This document shows positions 19,841-30,089 of a stretch of 64,000 bases of DNA, piece after piece (position 1 is the stretch's first letter; every line of letters starts with the position of its first letter). The stretch is from positions 436,873 through 500,872 of the forward strand of contig OZ244593.1 of NCBI GenBank assembly GCA_965218195.1, read 5' to 3'. The position numbers and the translations under genes were made by a program. The notes below the pieces were generated by a model. It searched no databases. It was given only the letters and a program-made list of their open reading frames with translations, and had not been told where the DNA came from. Origin of the DNA: Chloroflexota bacterium (lineage in GTDB: Bacteria; Chloroflexota; UBA11872; VXNJ01).

Positions 19841-20491
19841 ATGCTGAGATTCGTCGAGGAAATCATCCTGCTCCTGCTCCGCGACGACGACGGGAGGTTT
19901 GTGCGTGTGCCCAGCTGGTCGGTGGACTACGCCATCGCCGGCGGCGTGCTGATGGACCTGGCGATGGAGGACCGCATCGACACCGACCTGGACAATCTGA
20001 TTCTGCTCGACGCCACGCCCGTCGGCGACAGCCTGCTTGACCCCACGCTGGCCGAGATAGAAGCGGGAGAGAAGCGCGACGCCCGTTACTGGGTGGAGCA
20101 CACGGCGGAGCGCGCCTACGAGATCCGCGAGGAGGCGCTTTCCCGGCTGGTCGCCCACGGCATCCTGGAACGCCAGGACGACCTCTTCCTCTGGGTGTTC
20201 CGATCCAGGCGCTACCCGGCCATCGACGGCAGGGCCGAACGCGAGGTGAAGCTGCGCATCATGGAAGTGCTGTTCAGCGATGAGATCCCGGACCCGCGCG
20301 ACGTGATGATCATTTGCCTGGCCGACGCCTGCGGCATCTTCGAGGAGCTGCTTTCCAAGCGGGAGCTGAGCCAGGCGTCCGCCCGCATCGAGCAGGTGCG
20401 CAAGCTGGACCTCATCGGTCGAACCATGTCCCAGGCGATTAACGATATCGAGGTGTCCGTCGCCGCCTCGATTCAGGCGCACATGTACTAA
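19841..20491 (+). CDS. GPP34/GOLPH3 family protein
   Basis: 216 aa; N-terminus 'MLRFVEEIILLLLRDDDGRF' and overall helical pattern typical of bacterial GPP34 proteins. Confidence 0.65.
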   Translation: MLRFVEEIILLLLRDDDGRFVRVPSWSVDYAIAGGVLMDLAMEDRIDTDLDNLILLDATPVGDSLLDPTLAEIEAGEKRDARYWVEHTAERAYEIREEALSRLVAHGILERQDDLFLWVFRSRRYPAIDGRAEREVKLRIMEVLFSDEIPDPRDVMIICLADACGIFEELLSKRELSQASARIEQVRKLDLIGRTMSQAINDIEVSVAASIQAHMY

Positions 20492-20692
20492 CTCGCCGCC
20501 GACCGAGCGGCGAATGACGTTCGCCTTGGTCAAACGGTTGTCGTGTCGATGGCGCCGGAGTTGAGCTTATTCAAACTCGATAGAAGGTCGCGCTGACTGG
20601 GAGTTAACCCACGGCGCGATTAAATTGCTTACGCCGCGTCTAAAATGCCCCTGGCGGTAAAGCTAGACCTGCCGGAATAATATGTAGTATGC

Positions 20693-20766
20693 GGCGGGGT
20701 AGCTCAGCGGTAGAGCAGGAGATTCATAAGCTCTTGGTCGTCGGTTCAATTCCGACCCCCGCTACC
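20693..20766 (+). tRNA. tRNA-Met/Ile2 (anticodon CAT)
   Basis: acceptor GGCGGGG/CCCCGCT (G1-U72), D-arm GCTC/GAGC, anticodon loop TTCATAA, T-arm GTCGG-TTCAATT-CCGAC. Confidence 0.7.
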
Positions 20767-20808
20767 GGAATCGACCGGCGCTTGCCGCCGTTAAAATCGA
20801 TGTCCGAC

Positions 20809-20894
20809 GCCGAAGTGGTGGAACAGGCAGACACGCAGCGTTCAGGACGCTGTGCGCTTATGCGCGTGTGGGTTCAAATCCCACCTTCGGCACC
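20809..20894 (+). tRNA. tRNA-Leu (anticodon CAG), class II with long variable arm
   Basis: acceptor GCCGAAG/CTTCGGC, anticodon stem CAGCG/CGCTG loop TTCAGGA, variable arm about 14 nt, T-arm GTGGG-TTCAAAT-CCCAC. Confidence 0.8.
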
Positions 20895-21224
20895 TTGGTC
20901 GACTGTCCGCTGGTCGAAGTCGATTTGATCACGGCCCCGGACGCCTCGTGATGGACTGTTTGCGCCTTGAACGCTTTCTCGTTCTATCGAGTGCGGCGAG
21001 TCCTGTCGGCGAGAGGGCGACGGCGTCGCTACGGAGTATCGATTACCGTTAGGGCGGCGCAGCTCCCGATCCGGGGACGTTCATGGTTCGACAGAGCCTG
21101 TCCTGAGCGAAGTCGAAGGGCTCACCACGAACGGGATGGCTAGCCATGAACGGGCGGCGGAGGCGACCTTCGCAGCGGTTGGCTAGGACCCTCGTCCGCC
21201 CGCCGGCGCGGGCCCGTGGGATTA

Positions 21225-22133
21225 TCAATATGCGGCCGGCTCCGGCGTCCTTCTGCGGTCGAAGCCGTCGGGCGTGAATTCGGTCACACCCTCGACGTCA
21301 AGGATGTAGCGGTCTGCGTCGCTCAACCTCTCATACGTTTCCGGGCGGACGTATTTCCGCTGGTCGATGTACTGGGAAACGTCGCGCCGCCCAAAGAAGG
21401 CAAACGCCGCCGGGCGTTTCTCGTCGCTGTTGTTCTTGGTGCCGCCATGCCAGATGTGGGCATTGAATATGTAAACCGTTCCGGCCTTGCCCGTCAGGTG
21501 GACTTCATCGGGATGCTCCGCCCAGGTATCGTCCAGCACGTCCTCGGCCAGCTTTCCGAATCGGTGCGACCCGGGAACCACCCGAGTGGGTCCGTTCTCC
21601 TCGGTGAAGTCGACCAGGAACCAGATCGACATCGCGTTCTCGTAATCGCCGGGTTTCACGCGGCTGCCGGAGTCGGCGTGCAGGTGGGTGAGTCCGTCGC
21701 CCGGCAGGGCCGTCCGGCTATTTAGCGCCGAGAGTCTGAAATCGCCGCTGATCATCTGCTGCGCGCAAGCCAAAACCCGTGGATGGTTGAAGCAGACGTC
21801 GAACATCGGGTCCTTGTTTACAAGGTCGCCCAGCCTGTCCGTCCCTTTTTCCTTGTGGACCTCGATGCCCGCGTCTCCGCCCTCGGCGTCTACGAGCTGC
21901 TGGAGGCGGTCCTTCATTGCGGCCGCTTGCTCCGGAGTGATGGCGTCGTCGATTCGAAGGAAGCCGTCGCGGTCGATCGTTTCCCGTTCCGCGTCGGTAA
22001 GAGTGTCCTCGCGAACGCCCATTTGACTCAGAGCCGCAGCCATGTCCATAGGAGCTTTATCCTCTCTGTCCGCCTCTGGGAATCTCCGGGCGGCAAGCGG
22101 CCGGCGCCGAATTTCCCGCAACTCGATGCCCAC
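21225..22133 (-). CDS. phytanoyl-CoA dioxygenase (PhyH) family protein
   Basis: 302 aa (alternative start at about 22049 'MDMAAAL'); 'LTHLHADSG', 'VVPGSHRFG', 'IWHGGTKN' Fe/2OG motifs. Confidence 0.75.
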   Translation of the reverse strand: MGIELREIRRRPLAARRFPEADREDKAPMDMAAALSQMGVREDTLTDAERETIDRDGFLRIDDAITPEQAAAMKDRLQQLVDAEGGDAGIEVHKEKGTDRLGDLVNKDPMFDVCFNHPRVLACAQQMISGDFRLSALNSRTALPGDGLTHLHADSGSRVKPGDYENAMSIWFLVDFTEENGPTRVVPGSHRFGKLAEDVLDDTWAEHPDEVHLTGKAGTVYIFNAHIWHGGTKNNSDEKRPAAFAFFGRRDVSQYIDQRKYVRPETYERLSDADRYILDVEGVTEFTPDGFDRRRTPEPAAY

Positions 22134-22239
22134 CCCATCTTACCTATTCCGATATAGGCGATTCGCGGGTCTCTTAGAATATGGTCTCGCTCACTATGGC
22201 GTCCGTTCGTAATACCCGATTGAGAGAAACAACCTCCGC

Positions 22240-24264
22240 ATGAAAATGAGCATCGCCGTCGATACGGGCGGCACGTTCTCCGATCTCATCGGAATAGATG
22301 GGGACGGGGAGCTGGCCGTCGCCAAGACGCTAACAACGCCAGACGATCCGTCGCGAGGAATCTTCGACGCGATTCGCAAGGCCGGCGTCGACGCGCGCGC
22401 GATCGACTATTTCGTTCACGGAAGCACGGTTGCCACCAACATGCTCATCGAGCGTTCGGGCGGCCGCGTCGGACTTATCACCACCAAGGGCTTCCGCGAT
22501 CTTCTTCGCATCCAGCGCATAGTGCGTCCCGACTCGTTCAACCTCCACTGGGTCAAGCCGCGGCATCTGGTCGAGCGGTCGCTGAGCCTGGAAGTGACCG
22601 AGCGGATCGGAGCACACGGCGAAGAGACCGAGCCGCTTGACGAGGATGGCGTGCGCCGCGCAATTGCAAAGCTCAAGCGGGAGGGCGTGCGCGCGATAGC
22701 GGTGAGCTACCTGTTTTCGTTCCTGAATCCGAGCCACGAGCGGCGCACGCAGGAGCTTGTTCAGGAAATCTACCCCGAGGCGCACGTATCGATCTCGTCC
22801 GACGTATTCCCTCAATGGCGTGAATACGAGCGCACCAGCACCACCGTCATCGACGTCTATCTCAAACCGAGGATCGAGACATACTTAACAGGCCTCGAGC
22901 GCCAGGTTGAGCGGAGCGGCGCCGGCGGACTGCTGATAATGCGCAGCAACGGGGGCGTAATGACGACCGCGAGCGCGAAGCGGCGGCCCGTGACGATGAT
23001 CCAGAGCGGACCGGCGGGAGGAGTCATCGCGAGCCTGGAAATCGGCCGCCTGATGGGAATCGACACCATCATGACGGCCGACGTTGGCGGCACCAGTTTC
23101 GACACCTGCCTGATTTCCGGTTCCGTCTCGGCAACGACTACGAGCACGGAGCTCGAGTTCGGCATCCCCATAGCGAATCCGATGCTCGACATCCGCTCCA
23201 TCGGCGCGGGCGGCGGGAGCAAGGCGTGGATCGATCCGGCCGGGCTGCTTAAGGTCGGACCCGCGAGCGCCGGGGCCGATCCCGGCCCTGCCTGCTACGG
23301 ACGCGGCGGCGGCGATCCCACGTCGACCGACGCAAACGTGGTCCTGGGACGGATAGACCCCGCGTTCAAGCTCGGCGGCGACGTTGAGGTGCTCCACGAA
23401 CCGGCGGTGAGCGCGGTCGGCAAGCTCGGCGAACGGTTGGGGTTCGAGCGGGAGCGCACGGCCGCCGGAATCCTCGAGATCATGAACAGCGGCATGGCCG
23501 AAGCGATGCGGCTGCTGACTATCGATCGTGGACTCGATCCCAGGGAGTTCACGCTGGTGGCCTTTGGGGGCGCGGGGCCGCTGCACGCGGCCGATCTGGC
23601 CTCCCTGCTCGGAATGAGGCGCGTGGTGGTGCCGATTTACCCGGGCGTCTTCAGCGCGCTCGGCGCGCTGCTGGCCGACGCCCGGTTCGATTACGTCAAA
23701 TCCAGGATCACGTTTTCGAGGAATATAGATCCGGACGTGATTGCGCAGGACTTCGCCGAGCTAGAGGAGCGCGCCGCCGCGGACTTCGAACGCGAGGGCT
23801 TCGCCGACGCGCCCAGGATCATCAGAAGTCTCGACTTCCGCTATTACGGCCAGAATTGGGAGCTGGAGGTCCAGATACCGGGCGGCGAGGTAACGATGCA
23901 GTCGATCGAGGAATCGCGGCTGCGGTTCGACGCGGAGCACGAGCGGCAGTTCGGCTGGAGCTTTCCGGAATCCGATTACGAGCTTGTCAACTTCCGCGTT
24001 ACGGCTGTCGCGGCGCGCTCGACGGTAGAGCTGCCCCAACTTGAATCCCGTCCCTTGCCGTCGCCCGCGCGTATGGGCAATGCTTATTTCCACGATGTCG
24101 GTGGCTATGTCGCCACGCCCATCTATCATCGTGATGAGCTGGGCGCCGGCAACGAGATCGAGGGACCCGCCATAGTCGTCGAAGATGATGCGACCACCCT
24201 GGTTCCGCCAGAATGGAGGGCGCAAGTGGAAAGCTACGGAAACATGATTATGGAGCTTGCATAA
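22240..24264 (+). CDS. hydantoinase/oxoprolinase family protein, A subunit (HyuA-like)
   Basis: 674 aa; N-terminal 'IAVDTGGTFSDL' and second actin-like ATPase fold 'DVGGTSFD'. Confidence 0.85.
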   Translation: MKMSIAVDTGGTFSDLIGIDGDGELAVAKTLTTPDDPSRGIFDAIRKAGVDARAIDYFVHGSTVATNMLIERSGGRVGLITTKGFRDLLRIQRIVRPDSFNLHWVKPRHLVERSLSLEVTERIGAHGEETEPLDEDGVRRAIAKLKREGVRAIAVSYLFSFLNPSHERRTQELVQEIYPEAHVSISSDVFPQWREYERTSTTVIDVYLKPRIETYLTGLERQVERSGAGGLLIMRSNGGVMTTASAKRRPVTMIQSGPAGGVIASLEIGRLMGIDTIMTADVGGTSFDTCLISGSVSATTTSTELEFGIPIANPMLDIRSIGAGGGSKAWIDPAGLLKVGPASAGADPGPACYGRGGGDPTSTDANVVLGRIDPAFKLGGDVEVLHEPAVSAVGKLGERLGFERERTAAGILEIMNSGMAEAMRLLTIDRGLDPREFTLVAFGGAGPLHAADLASLLGMRRVVVPIYPGVFSALGALLADARFDYVKSRITFSRNIDPDVIAQDFAELEERAAADFEREGFADAPRIIRSLDFRYYGQNWELEVQIPGGEVTMQSIEESRLRFDAEHERQFGWSFPESDYELVNFRVTAVAARSTVELPQLESRPLPSPARMGNAYFHDVGGYVATPIYHRDELGAGNEIEGPAIVVEDDATTLVPPEWRAQVESYGNMIMELA

Positions 24265-26068
24265 CGTGGCCGCCGTATCCGCCAACCAGCCCCGCGTGAG
24301 CGCGGACCTGGACGATCCGGTACTGCTCGAAGTCGTTCGCAACTACCTCATCAGCACGTGCGAGGAGATGGGCGCCGCCATGATGCGCACTTCCTACTCG
24401 ACGATGTTCAACGAGGCCCGCGACTTCTCGTGCGGCATCTTCGACAGGACCGGCGAGATGGTCGCCATGGGCGACTTCTGCCCGGCCCACATAGGCGCGA
24501 TCGTGCACACGGTGGAGTGGGCTATCAAAGAGGTCGGCCCCGAAAACATGGAGCCGGGTGACGTGATCCTGCACAACGATCCCTACCGCGGCGGCTGCCA
24601 TCTGCCCGAGTTTCTGACGCTAAAGCCGTGTTTCCACGACGGCGAAGTCGTCGCGTATGCGGCCAACATCGCGCACATGACCGACATAGGCGGCATGGTG
24701 CCGGCGGCCTTTGGCGATACCCGCAACATATTCCAGGAGGGAATCCGCCTTCCGCCGATCAAGATCTACCGGCGGGACAAGGAGGTCGAGGACATCTTCA
24801 ACATCATCGCCTCCAACGTTCGGACGCCCGAGGTGTCTCGCGGCGACTTGAAGGCGATGGTCGGATCGACCTACCTCGCCGAAAGGCGCGTCGTTGAGCT
24901 TATCGAGCGCTATGGCGTCGACGTGTTCAACGGGCTCGCGGAGCGGATAAAGGACATATCCGAGCTGCTGGTACGCCGCGCGATCAGCCGGATGCCCGAC
25001 GGCGAATACACCGCCGTGGGATATCTCGAAGACGACGGGGTAGTCGTCGACAAGCGGTACAAGTTCGTGGTGACGCTCGTCATTCGCGGCGACGAAATCA
25101 TCGTCGATTACACGGGTTCCGATCCGCAGGCTCAGGGCGCGATAAACCAGTCGTTCGGCACGACCGCCTCGGCTACTTACGCGACGATCTTCCACATGAT
25201 CGACGACGGCATCGCCAAGAATGATGGCGCATACCGGCCCATAAGCATCGTCGCTCCGCCGGGAACCGTGGTAAACGTGAACTACCCCGGGTCGTGCGTC
25301 GGCGGCAATTCCGACACTTATCCGAATACGATGGACGTGCTGTTCGCGGCGTTTTCGCAGTTCAGCGACAGGAGCACCGCGGCGGACGGGGGAACCAGCG
25401 GGCTGCTCGGCTTCTATGGAAACTCGGCCGATAGCGGCCACCCGTTCGTGCTTTTGCACATCGAGGGGATGGGCTGGGGCGCTCGCGCCGATTCTGACGG
25501 CAACGACGCTATCATCACAAAAAACGGAAACTGCCTTAACTCGCCGTGCGAGGTGTTCGAGGTCCGTTATCCGGTGCGCATCGAATCGTACCGCATTGCC
25601 GAAAGCAGTCCGGGCGCTGGCGAGCATCGCGGCGGCCACGGCGTCGAGCGGATATGGCGATGCCTGGCGCCGATTACCGTGAGCGCCCATCTCAACCGCC
25701 TCGAAATAAATCCGTGGGGAATCAAAGGCGGCCGGCCCGCCGACAATACGGCTTTGCTGTTCAAGCGAGCTTCGGAGGAAAACTGGAAAACCGCCAGCGA
25801 GCTGTTCGGAACGATCTCCAGCGGCAAGTTCTCCAACATCCAGCTTCTGCCCGGCGACCAGATACTGCTCAGGACGCCGGGCGGAGGGGGATACGGCGAC
25901 CCGCTCGACCGCGACCCTGACAAGGTGCGGAGGGACGTGCTGGATGGACTCATAGATGCGGCCGGCGCGGCGGACGTGTACGGGGTGGTGATGGACGCGG
26001 ACCTGGCGTCGGTCGATGTTCAGGCGACCGCCCGGCTCCGGGAGGGGATGGGCGATGCCGCTTCGTGA
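24257..26068 (+). CDS. hydantoinase B/oxoprolinase family protein (HyuB-like)
   Basis: 603 aa; overlaps hyuA by 8 nt; 'HNDPYRGGCHLPEF' family signature. Confidence 0.85.
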   Translation: MHNVAAVSANQPRVSADLDDPVLLEVVRNYLISTCEEMGAAMMRTSYSTMFNEARDFSCGIFDRTGEMVAMGDFCPAHIGAIVHTVEWAIKEVGPENMEPGDVILHNDPYRGGCHLPEFLTLKPCFHDGEVVAYAANIAHMTDIGGMVPAAFGDTRNIFQEGIRLPPIKIYRRDKEVEDIFNIIASNVRTPEVSRGDLKAMVGSTYLAERRVVELIERYGVDVFNGLAERIKDISELLVRRAISRMPDGEYTAVGYLEDDGVVVDKRYKFVVTLVIRGDEIIVDYTGSDPQAQGAINQSFGTTASATYATIFHMIDDGIAKNDGAYRPISIVAPPGTVVNVNYPGSCVGGNSDTYPNTMDVLFAAFSQFSDRSTAADGGTSGLLGFYGNSADSGHPFVLLHIEGMGWGARADSDGNDAIITKNGNCLNSPCEVFEVRYPVRIESYRIAESSPGAGEHRGGHGVERIWRCLAPITVSAHLNRLEINPWGIKGGRPADNTALLFKRASEENWKTASELFGTISSGKFSNIQLLPGDQILLRTPGGGGYGDPLDRDPDKVRRDVLDGLIDAAGAADVYGVVMDADLASVDVQATARLREGMGDAAS

Positions 26069-26231
26069 GGTCGACAGGATGCCGCGCTGCGCCTCGTGCG
26101 GGATTCTCGTGCCGTGCCAGGAGATTGTGAAAACTCACGCCGGCGAGAAGGTTGTCGTTTGCAGCGAAAGGTGCTTCCGCATTTACAGAACGTACTGGTA
26201 TCCGAAATACGGCCAAAAGCGGGCAGGCTGA
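26052..26231 (+). CDS. possible small zinc-ribbon protein
   Basis: CxxC...CxxxC spacing 'CASCGILVPCQEIV...CSERC'; overlaps hyuB stop; weak. Confidence 0.3.
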   Translation, partial: AMPLREVDRMPRCASCGILVPCQEIVKTHAGEKVVVCSERCFRIYRTYWYPKYGQKRAG

Positions 26232-26275
26232 GCCGCGCTCAGAACATCCGGCGTCAAAAAGGTATTGAGACCGTG

Positions 26276-27076
26276 ATGACTGGACGCCTTCGGGACGGCG
26301 GTACAAGCCCGCCGCGCGCGAGTGATACGCCGAGCGCGACCAGAATCGACGGACGAGGGTCCGAGGCGGGCGGCAAGGTGCTCGTGGTCGAAGATGAGTT
26401 CAGCCTGGCGTCGACCATTTCTTACAACCTGAAGCGCGAAGGCTTCGACGCGCTTACCTGTGCGCGGGGCGACCAGGCGGTCAAGGCGGCGTCGGACTAC
26501 CTTCCCGACCTGATAATCCTCGACATAATGCTGCCCGGCATGGATGGTTTCGAGGTTTGCCGGAAGATTCGCCGCAGCTCGTCGGTGCCCATTCTCATGC
26601 TGACCGCCCGCGACGAGGAGATCGACCGCGTGGTCGGACTCGAAATCGGAGCCGACGACTACCTGACAAAGCCCTTTTCGATGCGCGAGCTGATAGCCCG
26701 CACAAGGGCGATGCTGCGCCGCCGGACCTTGCTGCGAGAGGAGCTCGTGACCGCGGAGGCCGAGGAAGGCCGCGACGACTGGCTCGAGTCGGACGATCTC
26801 AGGGTCAACATCGCCACCAGAGACGTTTTTCTGGCGGAAAAGCCTATTCGCCTCCGTCCGAAAGAGTTCGATCTTTTGACCTTTCTCCTCAAACACAAAC
26901 GGCAGGTTTTCTCGGCGGAGCGGTTGCTCGATTTGGTCTGGGGCTACGAGGCGGCCGTTGACACCGGGACCGTCAGCGTTCACGTCAGCAACTTGCGGCG
27001 CAAGATCGAGCGGGACGCCAGTCAGCCGCTGCGGCTCGAAACCGTCCGCGGCGTCGGCTATCGCTTCGTTCGCTAA
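26276..27076 (+). CDS. OmpR/PhoB-family response regulator (winged helix)
   Basis: receiver 'KVLVVEDEFSL...LIILDIMLPGMDGFEV' plus C-terminal 'TVRGVGYRF'; start chosen at ATG 26276 (ORF track begins earlier in junk). Confidence 0.85.
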   Translation: MTGRLRDGGTSPPRASDTPSATRIDGRGSEAGGKVLVVEDEFSLASTISYNLKREGFDALTCARGDQAVKAASDYLPDLIILDIMLPGMDGFEVCRKIRRSSSVPILMLTARDEEIDRVVGLEIGADDYLTKPFSMRELIARTRAMLRRRTLLREELVTAEAEEGRDDWLESDDLRVNIATRDVFLAEKPIRLRPKEFDLLTFLLKHKRQVFSAERLLDLVWGYEAAVDTGTVSVHVSNLRRKIERDASQPLRLETVRGVGYRFVR

Positions 27077-27305
27077 ACGGCGGGATTAAGTCAGGAGATA
27101 AGCCGCCACCATCCAATTATTCATATCCAGTTAATCGACGCTTTAGACCGCGTTCGATTGCGGTGTCCGGAGTTTAAGGCCGCGGCTCTAACTTAGGGTG
27201 CGTAGAGTCGGTCACGGCGTGGAAGCTGCGGCAGTAAGTTGACGTTCGCTTTCGCGTTCGACGCCGGAGTATTGCATTCATATAGATAAAAAACAGGCGG
27301 GCGCC

Positions 27306-27728
27306 ATGACGCGCGAAGAGTACGTAGCCGGGATCGAGAAAATCCAGACCGATTTGCTTGAGATCGGACGGAAGGTCGAAGAGTCGATAGTCTGCGCGAT
27401 CGCGGCGCTTAGGCCCCGCGACCTCGAAGCCGCCCAGCTGGTCATCGAAAACGACGACGAAGTGGACGCGCTGTACAAGCCGGTTTTCAGGGAACTTATC
27501 GTTTATATGCTGGAGGAGCCCCGGAACATTCGAGGCAGCACCTTTCTCATCTGGATAGCCCACGACCTCGAACGAATCGCCGACAGGGCCACCAACATCG
27601 CGGAGCGGGTCGAATACGTAGCGACGGGCGAGTTGAGAAGATCACGCGACGCTGTAGCTGCGCGGTCAGGACTGCCCGCGAACGGCGACACGGGCTTCGG
27701 AGTCGACGGCCAGGTCCGGTCGGGCTAG
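27306..27728 (+). CDS. PhoU-domain protein, single repeat (possibly truncated phoU)
   Basis: one three-helix PhoU repeat 'DDEVDALYKPVFRELIVYM...IAHDLERIADRATNIAERV'; second repeat absent, C-terminal 35 aa look like junk. Confidence 0.55.
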   Translation: MTREEYVAGIEKIQTDLLEIGRKVEESIVCAIAALRPRDLEAAQLVIENDDEVDALYKPVFRELIVYMLEEPRNIRGSTFLIWIAHDLERIADRATNIAERVEYVATGELRRSRDAVAARSGLPANGDTGFGVDGQVRSG

Positions 27729-27936
27729 CCCGGCGCGGCCCCGGCATTCTCATGGCTCCGACTGGCGGCGAGAGTTTCGGCATGATTGCCAACCGACGTT
27801 TGGCCGAACGTTTAGATCCGTTTAAACATCGCCGCGGCTCAGTTTATTCAGCGTCTGTACATTTAACTCTGGTTGTTCACTTGACTTGCCTTTTATCGAT
27901 TTGCGGCAGGCACGAGTTTCCTTATGGGAGGTCCGA

Positions 27937-29034
27937 TTGAAAGCATTCACCCGGCGGCGTGCTCTGCGGTTTGTGGGAACCGGAGCGGTCGCATCGAGCG
28001 TGGCCGTGCTGGCCGGCTGCGGAGAGCCTCAGGTCGTCGCGGAGACCAAGATCGTAACCCAGGCAGTCGAGAAGATCGTTACCGTCACGGCGCCTTCCGG
28101 GCCAATGGAGGGCACGATTCTGGTGGACGGTTCCAGCACCGTTGGGCCGATAACGCAGGCGGTCGCCGAAGAATACCAAAACCTCTTCTCGAAGGTTCGC
28201 GTGCCTGTCGGGATTTCCGGCAGCGGCGGCGGATTCAAGAAGTTCTGCAGGCTGGAGACAGACATCTCTGGCGCCTCGCGCTTCATCAAGGAGTCCGAGC
28301 AGGGCCTCTGCGGCGAGAACGAAGTGGAGTTCATCGAGCTTCCGGTGGCCATCGATGGCATCGCCGTGGTGGTCAACCCCCGAAATAGCGTAATAGGTGA
28401 GTGCGTCACCATCGAAGAGCTCAATAAGATGTGGGACCCCTCGTCCGAGGGTGCTATCACGAATTGGTCGCAGGTCAGGGACGGGTTGCCGGCCGACGAT
28501 TTCGTGCTCTACGGTCCGGGCGCCGACTCAGGTACCTACGACTACTTCACCAACGTGGTCAATGGTGAGGAAGGCGCCAGCCGCGGCGACTACACGCCCA
28601 GCGAAGATGACAACGTGCTCGTACAGGGGGTCTCCGGCGACCTCAACGCGCTGGGGTTCTTCGGACTCGCCTACTACGAGCAGAACATCGACCTCGTCAA
28701 GGCTTTGAAGGTCGATAAGGGAGCCGGTTGCATATTCCCCAATACCGAGGACGTGCTGACCGGAAAGTACCCGCTCTCGCGGGCTATCTTCATATACGTC
28801 AGCACGCAGGCGGCCGAGCGCACCGAAGTGCAGTCGTTTATCGAGTTCTACATGAAGAATGCGGCCAGCCTGGTGGGGCAGATAGGATACGTTCCTCTGC
28901 CTGACGAGATGTACGACATGGGCCTCGAGAGATTCGAGCAGCGCAAAGTCAGCACTCTGAACAGCCCGGATGTAGACTTCAAGTTCTCTTCGAGTCCGGC
29001 CGCCATACTCGACGCCTGGAAGAACGGAGCGTAG
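27937..29034 (+). CDS. pstS: phosphate ABC transporter substrate-binding lipoprotein PstS
   Basis: TTG start 6 nt after GGGAGG; 'TRRRALRF' Tat-like motif, 'LAGC' lipobox, short 'ETKIVTQAVEKIVTV' linker, then PstS fold 'ILVDGSSTVGP'. Confidence 0.8.
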   Translation: MKAFTRRRALRFVGTGAVASSVAVLAGCGEPQVVAETKIVTQAVEKIVTVTAPSGPMEGTILVDGSSTVGPITQAVAEEYQNLFSKVRVPVGISGSGGGFKKFCRLETDISGASRFIKESEQGLCGENEVEFIELPVAIDGIAVVVNPRNSVIGECVTIEELNKMWDPSSEGAITNWSQVRDGLPADDFVLYGPGADSGTYDYFTNVVNGEEGASRGDYTPSEDDNVLVQGVSGDLNALGFFGLAYYEQNIDLVKALKVDKGAGCIFPNTEDVLTGKYPLSRAIFIYVSTQAAERTEVQSFIEFYMKNAASLVGQIGYVPLPDEMYDMGLERFEQRKVSTLNSPDVDFKFSSSPAAILDAWKNGA

Positions 29035-29129
29035 CCTTCCGTTAGCCGTTGCCCTCGTTCGCCGCGGCGGGCCGCGCCTGCCGCGGCGAACGAGACGATC
29101 TTTGCGGAGGCGTGAATGACTCTTGCGAC

Positions 29130-30089
29130 ATGAGTGAAATAACCCAGAGGTCCCTGCGTCGAGGGGCGGAAGCCCTCGACGATTCAGTTTCTGGGGGTTT
29201 TGCCCGGAGGCGTCGGGCAATCTTCGAGCGCGCAATTCACGCCCTGCTGTTTGCGTGCGCGGCGATCTCGATACTCACCACCTTTGGGATCGTTGCCACG
29301 CTGCTCGGCGAGACGATCCAGTTCCTCCGCGAGGTGTCCGTCGTCGACTTCCTCACCGGCACGCGCTGGACTCCACTGTTTGCCTCGAAGCACTTCGGCG
29401 TGCTGCCGCTTGTAAACGGCACGATAGCGGTTGCGTTTGTCGCGATGGTCGTGGCGTTGCCGGTCGGGATCCTGACGGCGGTCTTTCTTAGTGAATACGC
29501 GCCGGCCCGATTACGCAGCATCCTCAAACCCATACTCGAGGTGCTCGCGGGAATCCCGACGGTCGTATACGGCTACTTCGCCCTGCTCTTCATAACCCCG
29601 ATACTCCGCGAGATATTCCCCCACGCGGGAATATTCAACGTGGCCAGCGCCGGCATCGTGATGGGCTTCATGATCCTTCCGATGATGGCCTCCATTAGCG
29701 AGGACGCCCTGCGCGCAGTGCCGTCCGGACTGCGGGAAGGCGCGTACGCGCTGGGCGCAACGAAATACCAGGCCGTGACGCGCGTGGTGATGCCTGGGGC
29801 GCTCTCGGGAATCCTGGCCGCCGTGATCCTCTCGATTTCCCGCGCGATCGGCGAGACGATGATCGTCGCGATCGCCGCCGGCCAGCAACCGAAGATGGGG
29901 TTCAACCTTCTTCAGTCGATGGAGACCATGACCGCCTACATCGTTCAGGTAAGCCTGGGCGACACTCCTCAGGACACTATCGAATTCCGCACCATCTTCG
30001 CCGTCGGAACGCTCCTCTTTCTAATGACTTTCGTCATGAACGTCATCAGTGACTGGCTCGTGCGACGGTTCCGGGAGGCGTACGAATGA
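29130..30089 (+). CDS. pstC: phosphate ABC transporter permease PstC
   Basis: polytopic, '[23 protein letters not shown]' EAA loop; start at ATG 29130. Confidence 0.85.
   Translation: MSEITQRSLRRGAEALDDSVSGGFARRRRAIFERAIHALLFACAAISILTTFGIVATLLGETIQFLREVSVVDFLTGTRWTPLFASKHFGVLPLVNGTIAVAFVAMVVALPVGILTAVFLSEYAPARLRSILKPILEVLAGIPTVVYGYFALLFITPILREIFPHAGIFNVASAGIVMGFMILPMMASISEDALRAVPSGLREGAYALGATKYQAVTRVVMPGALSGILAAVILSISRAIGETMIVAIAAGQQPKMGFNLLQSMETMTAYIVQVSLGDTPQDTIEFRTIFAVGTLLFLMTFVMNVISDWLVRRFREAYE

Noticed and set aside
19688-20533. 281-aa ORF on the minus strand
   Set aside because: Fully antisense to the GPP34 gene (19841-20491), which has a recognisable family signature. There is no SD and the composition is His/Arg/Gly-rich.
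20689-20928. 79-aa ORF on the plus strand
   Set aside because: It is read through the tRNA-Met and tRNA-Leu genes, a spurious translation of structured RNA.
24620-25690. 356-aa ORF on the minus strand
   Set aside because: Antisense within hyuB, a high-GC frame artefact.
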